A program made the translations under genes and the position numbers. The notes under the pieces were generated by a model, which saw nothing but the letters and a program-made list of their open reading frames with translations, searched no databases and had not been told where the DNA came from. This document shows, one piece after another, positions 8,790 through 17,198 of a stretch of DNA of 17,198 bases; the stretch's first letter is position 1, and every line of letters begins with the position of its first letter. Source of the stretch: Elusimicrobiota bacterium. Its GTDB lineage: Bacteria; Elusimicrobiota; Elusimicrobia; Elusimicrobiales; UBA9959. The DNA lies in assembly GCA_027340875.1 (NCBI GenBank), contig DAIENX010000107.1, positions 1 to 17,198 of the forward strand. The letters run 5' to 3'.

Positions 8790-10136
8790 ATGGACTGGAA
8801 GAAGAGGGTGGACTGGATAGACGGCTACGCCGCGCGCATCAAGCCCTACGTGCGCGTGCGCGAGGCCGACCGTTTGCTGATCAAGATCCCCAACCAGGCC
8901 CATAAGCTGAACGCGCAGGGCGCGAAGCTGCTGAAGTTCGTCCTGGACGGCGGCAGCGCCGTCTCCGTGGTGGAGGCCTATCCGCCGGAGAAGCGCGAGG
9001 CGGTATCGCTGGACGTCTACTATTTCTTCCGCGACCTGATGGCGCTGCTGAAGGGCTGCGCCGGAGAGGAGGGCGGCAGGAAGGCGCTTGAGGTGAAGCC
9101 TTTCGCGCTCGGGCACAACGCGCTGCCGGTCCTGAGCGAGATAGCCGTGACCTACCGGTGCAACCTCGCCTGCCGCTTCTGCTATGCCGGCTGCGGCTGC
9201 AAGAAGGACGAGGAGCACCCGGACCTGCCCGCTTCTTCGCTGAAAGAAATACTTGGCATGATAGCCGGCGAGGCGGAGGTCCCCTCGGTGAGCTTCACCG
9301 GCGGAGAGCCGCTGCTGCGGCGGGAGCTGCCTGAGCTGGTGGCCCACGCCAAGTCGCTCGGCTTGTGGGCCAACCTGATAACCAACGGCACGCTGGCCGA
9401 CGGCCGCACCGTGAAGCGCCTTAAAGCGGCCGGGCTGGACTCGGCCCAGGTCAGCGTGGAGGCCGGTTCGGCGAAGCTGCACGACGCCATCGCGGCGCAT
9501 ACAGGCGCCTTCGAGCGCACCGTCCGCGGCATAGAGAATTTCATGAAGGCCGGGATACGGGTGCACACCAACACCACGGTCTCGGCTCTGAACAAGGACG
9601 GCCTGGAGGGCATACTGGACCTGGTGAAGTCCCTCGGCCTGGACAAGTTCTCGATGAACCTGCTGATGCCGGTGGGCTCGGCGGGCAATAATCTCTCCGA
9701 CACCTTCGTCTCCTATACGGAGGCCGGTCCGCTGGTAGAGAGGGTGAAGGAACTGGCGGAGAAGCGCGGACTCGAGTTCATGTGGTATTCGCCCACGCCG
9801 TTGTGCATCTTCAATCCTATCGCCCGGGGGCTCGGCAACAAGGGCTGCGCCGCCTGCGACGGCCTGCTCAGCGTGGCGCCGAACGGCGACGTGCTGCCCT
9901 GCTCGAGCTATCCGAAGCCGCTGGGCAACATGCTAAAGGAAAAAGGCAATTTTAAAAAGCTCTGGAACGGGCCCGAGTTCGCCTGGTTCAGGGAGAAAGG
10001 CTTCGCGCACGAGAAATGCAGGACCTGCCGGCACCTGGCCGCCTGCAACGGCGGCTGCCCGCTGTACTGGGAGAAGGCCGGCTACGGGGAGCTGCTGCCG
10101 GCCGCCGAGGCCTGCGCCGCAAGGGAGACCATATGA
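8790..10136 (+). CDS. Radical SAM/SPASM-domain enzyme with N-terminal PqqD/RRE-like domain (448 aa)
   Basis: ATG at 8790, 4 bp after the upstream stop. Contains CNLACRFC (CxxxCxxC, 9159-9182), SFTGGEPLLR and LITNG. SPASM cysteines: CAAC...NGDVLPC...CRTCRHLAACNGGCP. The N-terminal HKLNAQGAKLLKFVLDG...DVYYFFRDL resembles PqqD-type winged-helix domains. Confidence 0.92.
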   Translation: MDWKKRVDWIDGYAARIKPYVRVREADRLLIKIPNQAHKLNAQGAKLLKFVLDGGSAVSVVEAYPPEKREAVSLDVYYFFRDLMALLKGCAGEEGGRKALEVKPFALGHNALPVLSEIAVTYRCNLACRFCYAGCGCKKDEEHPDLPASSLKEILGMIAGEAEVPSVSFTGGEPLLRRELPELVAHAKSLGLWANLITNGTLADGRTVKRLKAAGLDSAQVSVEAGSAKLHDAIAAHTGAFERTVRGIENFMKAGIRVHTNTTVSALNKDGLEGILDLVKSLGLDKFSMNLLMPVGSAGNNLSDTFVSYTEAGPLVERVKELAEKRGLEFMWYSPTPLCIFNPIARGLGNKGCAACDGLLSVAPNGDVLPCSSYPKPLGNMLKEKGNFKKLWNGPEFAWFREKGFAHEKCRTCRHLAACNGGCPLYWEKAGYGELLPAAEACAARETI

Positions 10137-11164
10137 GCATATTGCCGCCGCCGCAGAAGGACGGGGAGATAAAATTCTTCATCGCCGGCGGGCTGCCGTA
10201 CAGGGCCCGCATGGCGCTGGTGTTGGGCCTGCTGGCCGTAGGCCTCGGGGTGCAGGTAACGCTGGGGTTCTGGCCGGGTTTCATCGTGCTGATCTTCGCC
10301 CAGCTGCTCGGGATGAACTCGGGCTACGACGCCGCGCCCAGGATCTCCGGAGAGGAAAGCTGGGCTCGCGTGACCCCAGATGAGTATATCAAGGTCAGGA
10401 AGCGCGCCGACGAGCTCAGGCGCTGGGACGAGGATTTCTTCGACGCCACCAGCACCAGCGGCCAGGTAGGCCTCGGCGTCACGGCGCTGGCCTGCGCTAT
10501 AGCGTACGGTATAGCCGCCGCGACCTTCTCGTTCCCCGACGGGGCCTGGCTGCCGTTCGGCCTGGACGCGGCCGTGCTGCTGCTGCCGCTCTGGTTCATA
10601 GGAACGCGCGACTACCTGAAGAAGGACAAGCTGATCATAAAGATAAACGCGCTGGAGAACGTGATGGCCGCGCTGAAGCCCGGCAGCGACGTACAGGTGC
10701 AGCCCATGCTGTCGCTGGCGTCCACCAAGTCCGGCGGCAAGGAGCCGGAGGACGCGCGGCTGATGGTCAAGCTGGTCGGCGCGCCGGAGGGTTTCTACGG
10801 CGTGCAGGTGCAGCTTTCGATAAACAGCGTGCAGGGCAAGGACTTCCCGTACCTGTACTGCGTGGTGCTGGCCAAGCGGGGCTTCGGCCTGCTGAAGGAT
10901 TACAGGGACCTGCTGCCGGGGAGGACGGAGAAAAGCCTGATGGCCAGTCTCTCCGGCTTCCTGCTGGGCGGCCTTAGCGGCCCCGGCGGCGGCGACGTGG
11001 ACCTGGTCTACGAGCCGTCCAGCACCGGGGAAGTGGAGCTGATAGTGGTGCGCAGGCGCACCACGAAGCAGAGCGGCTATTATACGCCGCCCTCCGCGGC
11101 CATGCAGGTGGTGAACGGGGCGCTGCAGCTGGCCAAGGGGCTGGCCGCCCGGGGTCCGGCCTGA
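10133..11164 (+). CDS. Hypothetical membrane protein (about 4 TM helices plus soluble C-terminal domain, 343 aa)
   Basis: True start is likely MSILPPPQK at 10133, with an ATGA overlap with the rSAM stop. Two hydrophobic hairpins followed by a soluble domain. Confidence 0.8.
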   Translation: MSILPPPQKDGEIKFFIAGGLPYRARMALVLGLLAVGLGVQVTLGFWPGFIVLIFAQLLGMNSGYDAAPRISGEESWARVTPDEYIKVRKRADELRRWDEDFFDATSTSGQVGLGVTALACAIAYGIAAATFSFPDGAWLPFGLDAAVLLLPLWFIGTRDYLKKDKLIIKINALENVMAALKPGSDVQVQPMLSLASTKSGGKEPEDARLMVKLVGAPEGFYGVQVQLSINSVQGKDFPYLYCVVLAKRGFGLLKDYRDLLPGRTEKSLMASLSGFLLGGLSGPGGGDVDLVYEPSSTGEVELIVVRRRTTKQSGYYTPPSAAMQVVNGALQLAKGLAARGPA

Positions 11165-11185
11165 CAGGGCAAAAAGCCCCGAATT

Positions 11186-11194
11186 TGATAAAAT
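11186..11194 (+). promoter_or_regulatory. Putative extended -10 promoter for nifU-nifS
   Basis: TG-A-TAAAAT in an AT-rich patch about 60 nt upstream of nifU. Confidence 0.35.
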
Positions 11195-11255
11195 ATAGGT
11201 ACCGGCCTCTCTCCTGGTAGTTCCTGCCGAATCGCACCGTATCAGAGGTATTTCT

Positions 11256-12089
11256 ATGTGGAATTACACCGAAAAGGTATACGAGCATTTCAAGAACCCC
11301 CGCAACGTGGGAGAGGTGGAGAACCCGGACGCCGTGGGCGAGGTGGGCAGCATAGTCTGCGGCGACGCGTTGAAGCTGACGCTTAAGATAGACAAGGCCA
11401 CCGACACCATCACCGACGCCAAGTTCAAGACCTTCGGCTGCGCGAGCGCGATCGCCTCCTCCTCGGCGCTGACCGAGATGGTGAAGGGCATGAAGCTCGA
11501 CGACGCGGCGAAGATAACCAACCAGCAGATAGCGGATTTCCTCGGCGGCCTGCCCGGCGAGAAGATGCATTGCTCCGTGATGGGCATGGAGGCGCTTGAG
11601 GCCGCCATAAAGAACTACCGCGGCGGCAAGACCGAGAAGGTCATCATCGGGGTGGGCGAGCGCGTGGTCTGCAAGTGCTTCAACGTGACGGAGAGCCATA
11701 TCCTCAAGGCCATAAAGCTCAACAACCTGAAGACCGTGGACGAGGTGACCAATTTCACCAAGGCCGGCGGCGGCTGCGGCCAGTGCAAGGGCGAGATCGA
11801 GAAGATCCTCAAGGATTACTGGGCCGAGGCGGAACACAAGCGCTTCGCGAACATGACCGTGGTAGAGAAGATCAAGATGATAGAGAAGGTGCTGGCCGAG
11901 GAAGTGAACCCCAAGCTGAAGGCCGACGGCGGCTGGATAGAGCTGGTGGACATAGATGGCCAGAAAGTGAAGCTGCGCTTCCTGGGCATGTGCCATGGCT
12001 GCCCTTCCTCCGGCGCCACGCTGAAGAACGTGGTGGAGAAGGAGCTGAAGGAGCGCATCGACCCGGCGCTGGAGATAGTAGCGGAGTAG
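11256..12089 (+). CDS. nifU: Three-domain Fe-S scaffold NifU
   Basis: IscU-like N-terminal domain (YTEKVYEHFKNPRNVG, CGDAL, FKTFGCASAIASSS, KMHCS), a central BFD-like [2Fe-2S] domain (VCKCF...GGGCGQC), and a C-terminal Nfu domain (DGGWIEL...GMCHGCPSS). Confidence 0.95.
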   Translation: MWNYTEKVYEHFKNPRNVGEVENPDAVGEVGSIVCGDALKLTLKIDKATDTITDAKFKTFGCASAIASSSALTEMVKGMKLDDAAKITNQQIADFLGGLPGEKMHCSVMGMEALEAAIKNYRGGKTEKVIIGVGERVVCKCFNVTESHILKAIKLNNLKTVDEVTNFTKAGGGCGQCKGEIEKILKDYWAEAEHKRFANMTVVEKIKMIEKVLAEEVNPKLKADGGWIELVDIDGQKVKLRFLGMCHGCPSSGATLKNVVEKELKERIDPALEIVAE

Positions 12090-12092
12090 GGT

Positions 12093-12220
12093 CGGCGTCA
12101 CGGGGACCGGAACGCAAAAACAGCGTCGCGCACACCGTGCGCGCGCTTCCGGCTCTCGGCCTCGGCGCTTCGCAAGCCTCGGCCTCCGAGGCGGTTTTGC
12201 TAACCCGGTCCCCGCGCCGC
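12093..12220. repeat. Structured intergenic element between nifU and nifS, related (inverted) to 3413-3549
   Basis: GGGACCGG (12103-12110) pairs with CCGGTCCC (12205-12212), and GCAAAA pairs with TTTTGC. Contains CGCACACCGTGC (12129-12140) and GCGCTTCGCAAGC (12165-12177), the reverse complements (one mismatch in the second) of motifs in the argD-argG element. Confidence 0.6.
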
Positions 12221-12267
12221 CTCAGGGAGTTTCAGAAAGCAGGAGCTCCTTATGAAAGAGAGGAGAT

Positions 12268-13473
12268 ATGGAAAAGGTCTATTATTTCGATAATAACGCG
12301 ACGAGCAGGGTGGCTCCGGAAGTGGCAAAGGAGATGGAGCCGTTCTTCAACGAACTCTACGGCAACCCGTCCAGCATGCATTTCTTCGGCGGCGGCAACC
12401 AGAAGTACCTGGACCTCGGCCGCGAGCGCGTGGCCAAGCTCCTCGGCTGCGAGACCTCCGAGATAATATTCACCAGCTGCGGCACCGAGGCCGATTCCAC
12501 CGCCATCTGGTCCGCCGTGCGCTCCTTCCCCGAGAAGAAGCACATCATCACCACCAGGGTGGAGCATCCCGCGGTCCTCAACGTCTGCAAGCACCTGGAA
12601 TCCCAGGGCTGGCGCGTCACCTACCTGCCGGTGGACGGCGCCGGCCAGATAAACCTCGAGGACCTCAAGGTCGCGCTAACCCCGGAGACCGCCATAGTCT
12701 CCATCATGTGGGCCAATAACGAGACCGGCGTGGTATACCCGGTGGAAGAGGCCGCCCGCATCACGCACGCCAAGGGCGCCCTGTTCCATACCGACGCCGT
12801 CCAGGCCGCCGGCAAGATACCGATAAACCTCAAAGACACTAAGATAGACATGCTCTCCATCTCCGGCCACAAGCTGCACGCGCCCAAGGGCATAGGCGTG
12901 CTGTACGTGCGCAAGGGCACGCGCTTCATGCCGTTCATGATGGGCGGCCACCAGGAGCACGGCCGCCGCGCCGGAACCGAGAACGTGCCCTATATCGCCG
13001 GCCTGGGCAAGGCCGCGGAACTGGCTTTAGCCCACATCGAGAAAGAGAACACCTACGTGAAGGGCCTGCGCGACAGGCTCGAGGCCGGCCTGCTGAAGAT
13101 CCCCAACTCCCGCGTCAACGCCGGCGGCGCCGACCGCCTGCCCAACACCGCCAACATAAGCTTTGAGTACATCGAGGGCGAGTCCATACTGTTGATGCTC
13201 AGCGAAAAGGGCATCTGCGCCAGCTCCGGCTCGGCCTGCACCTCCGGCTCTCTCGAGCCCTCCCACGTGCTGATGTCCATGGCCGTGCCGCAGACCTACG
13301 CCCACGGCTCCGTGCGCTTCTCCCTGAGCGTCTACAACACCGAGGAAGAGGTGGACTACATTATCCGCGAGCTGCCGCCCATCATAGAGCGCCTGCGCGC
13401 CATCTCGCCCTTCGCCGACGGCAAGCCCCTCTTCGGCATGGACGCCTGCGAAGCCCACGACCATAAGCACTGA
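12268..13473 (+). CDS. nifS: Cysteine desulfurase NifS
   Basis: YFDNNATS, YGNPSSMH, FTSCGTE, VEHPAV, MWANNETG, HTDAVQA, SGHKLHAPKG (PLP Lys), SSGSACTSGSLEPSHVL (catalytic Cys); AGGAG RBS; follows nifU. Confidence 0.96.
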   Translation: MEKVYYFDNNATSRVAPEVAKEMEPFFNELYGNPSSMHFFGGGNQKYLDLGRERVAKLLGCETSEIIFTSCGTEADSTAIWSAVRSFPEKKHIITTRVEHPAVLNVCKHLESQGWRVTYLPVDGAGQINLEDLKVALTPETAIVSIMWANNETGVVYPVEEAARITHAKGALFHTDAVQAAGKIPINLKDTKIDMLSISGHKLHAPKGIGVLYVRKGTRFMPFMMGGHQEHGRRAGTENVPYIAGLGKAAELALAHIEKENTYVKGLRDRLEAGLLKIPNSRVNAGGADRLPNTANISFEYIEGESILLMLSEKGICASSGSACTSGSLEPSHVLMSMAVPQTYAHGSVRFSLSVYNTEEEVDYIIRELPPIIERLRAISPFADGKPLFGMDACEAHDHKH

Positions 13474-13526
13474 TTATCGGGCTGGAATGGTAACACTATT
13501 CCGGAGTTAATTTATTTGCAGTTATT

Positions 13527-13556
13527 GACCGGGGGGGAACCCTCCGGTCTTTTTTA
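13527..13556 (+). terminator. Rho-independent terminator after nifS
   Basis: GACCGGGGGG-GAA-CCCTCCGGTC followed by TTTTTT. Confidence 0.85.
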
Positions 13557-13694
13557 TCATACCTGTTGTTGTATATGTAAACCCTTCGAATAAATGCCGG
13601 TGAGAGAATGTTCTGAATAACTTCACGATATCCCCACCGCCACGCCGCTAAATGCCGACGAAATTGTTAAAATAGACGTTTTTAAGGAAACCAT

Positions 13695-13895
13695 ATGAAA
13701 CTCAATCTCGACCCCGGAAAATTGATAGGAGGATTTGCTGGCATAGTTATCCCGCATCTTCTTGGCTCGAATGGCTATGCCTGCTTGCCGAGAATATTCC
13801 ATTTCATGCTTCCGGTGGCAACCTGTATGCTCGGCGCTTTGATCGGGCATGAGATTTATACGTGGATAACGGTCGGACAGATTAAAAAATCATAA
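13695..13895 (+). CDS. Small hydrophobic hypothetical protein (66 aa) in an AT-rich islet
   Basis: TAAGGA RBS before the ATG and two hydrophobic segments. Codon usage and GC content are visibly unlike the flanking genes. Confidence 0.45.
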   Translation: MKLNLDPGKLIGGFAGIVIPHLLGSNGYACLPRIFHFMLPVATCMLGALIGHEIYTWITVGQIKKS

Positions 13896-14059
13896 GATCC
13901 CGCTTCTGCTATTGACCAAGCCGGTGTGACAGCCAATGAGGAGGCGGCCGACAAAAAAATCGCGCATGTGAGCGGCGCTGCAGCCGCTATTCTTGCTAAC
14001 GGTTTTTACCCGCAGGATTTTGGTAAGATTATACATCCGCATGATCCCGCTGCATCTTA

Positions 14060-14224
14060 GGAGCCTGTCCGACATAAGCGATTTCGTCTGCAATTGCCGC
14101 TTTTGGCCTGCGCCTTGCGCCGCTCGACTTACAGCCTCTCGTAGAGGATGCTCGTCTCGCGCCGCTTCGGCTCGTCAACAAAATCGTCAATTTCGCCATG
14201 AAAGCCTTATGTCGGACACGCTCC
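14060..14224. mobile_element. MITE-like element (165 bp) with 19-bp terminal inverted repeats
   Basis: GGAGCCTGTCCGACATAAG (14060-14078) versus CTTATGTCGGACACGCTCC (14206-14224), 18/19 complementary. Pairing continues inward (AATTGCCGCTTTTG with CAAAATCGTCAATT). No coding capacity, and no clean target-site duplication is seen. Confidence 0.7.
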
Positions 14225-14237
14225 AAGTGGAGGAACA

Positions 14238-16997
<2,760 letters not shown>

Positions 16998-17010
16998 CGG
17001 AGCTGGAAGG

Positions 17011-17050
17011 AAAGGGCGTGTTCCCCGCTGGGGACGCGCCCTTTTTCTTT
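17011..17050 (+). terminator. Rho-independent terminator after the peptidase gene
   Basis: AAAGGGCGTGTTCCCC-GCT-GGGGACGCGCCCTTTTTCTTT hairpin plus T tract. Confidence 0.85.
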
Positions 17051-17062
17051 GCCGGCCCCGGA

Positions 17063-17091
17063 TTGAAAGAGGGGGCCGGAAATGCTAGAAT
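17063..17091 (+). promoter_or_regulatory. Sigma70 promoter of the tRNA gene
   Basis: TTGAAA (17063-17068), a 17-bp spacer ending in TGC, then TAGAAT (17086-17091), 24 nt before the tRNA. Confidence 0.75.
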
Positions 17092-17115
17092 GCTTATAGA
17101 CGTACGGGGATTTAC

Positions 17116-17189
17116 GGGCCCATAGCTCAGTTGGTTAGAGCAAGCGACTCATAATCGCTGGGTCGTAGGTTCAAGTCCTACTGGGCCCA
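17116..17189 (+). tRNA. tRNA-Ile2 (CAT anticodon, lysidine-modified, reads AUA); CCA not encoded
   Basis: Cloverleaf GGGCCCA-TA-GCTC AGTTGGTTA GAGC-A-AGCGA CTCATAA TCGCT-GGGTC-GTAGG TTCAAGT CCTAC-TGGGCCC-A. The anticodon arm GCGACTCATAATCGC is the ileX type, and initiator features are absent. Confidence 0.9.
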
Positions 17190-17198
17190 GTTTTTACC

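Noticed and set aside
11256..13473. Nitrogen-fixation cluster
   Set aside because: Only nifU and nifS are present and there is no nifHDK in the window. The pair is commonly a general Fe-S assembly system.
13896..14051. 9-bp direct repeat GATCCCGCT (13896-13904 and 14043-14051) as a target-site duplication
   Set aside because: It is short, does not flank the inverted-repeat element, and is compatible with chance.
17116..17189. tRNA-Met or tRNA-fMet
   Set aside because: G1-C72 is paired and the three G-C anticodon-stem pairs of initiators are absent. The anticodon arm matches the Ile2 type.

Overview
GC-rich bacterial chromosomal window with four parts. (1) Bases 1-6000 hold a divergent arginine biosynthesis cluster: argC-argJ on the minus strand (argJ runs off the window edge) and argD-argG-argH on the plus strand, with tandem ARG boxes between the arms, followed by a convergent ACT-domain gene. 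(2) Bases 6571-11164 hold the most interesting element, a tightly coupled four-gene operon. It encodes a small membrane protein; a 555-aa signal-peptide/single-TM protein (DUF2207-like) whose C-terminus is an (Ala-Cys-His-Xaa)8-Ala-Cys-Val-Ser repeat; a radical SAM/SPASM enzyme with an N-terminal PqqD/RRE-like domain; and a multi-TM protein. This looks like a RiPP-type modification system whose substrate is the tail of a membrane-anchored protein rather than a short free peptide. (3) nifU-nifS (NIF-type Fe-S assembly), an AT-rich islet with a small ORF, and a MITE-like hairpin. (4) A secreted M16 zinc peptidase and tRNA-Ile2(CAT). Two related structured intergenic elements (3413-3549 and 12093-12220, opposite orientation) were also found. 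All family calls come from motif recognition by eye; no database searches were run.
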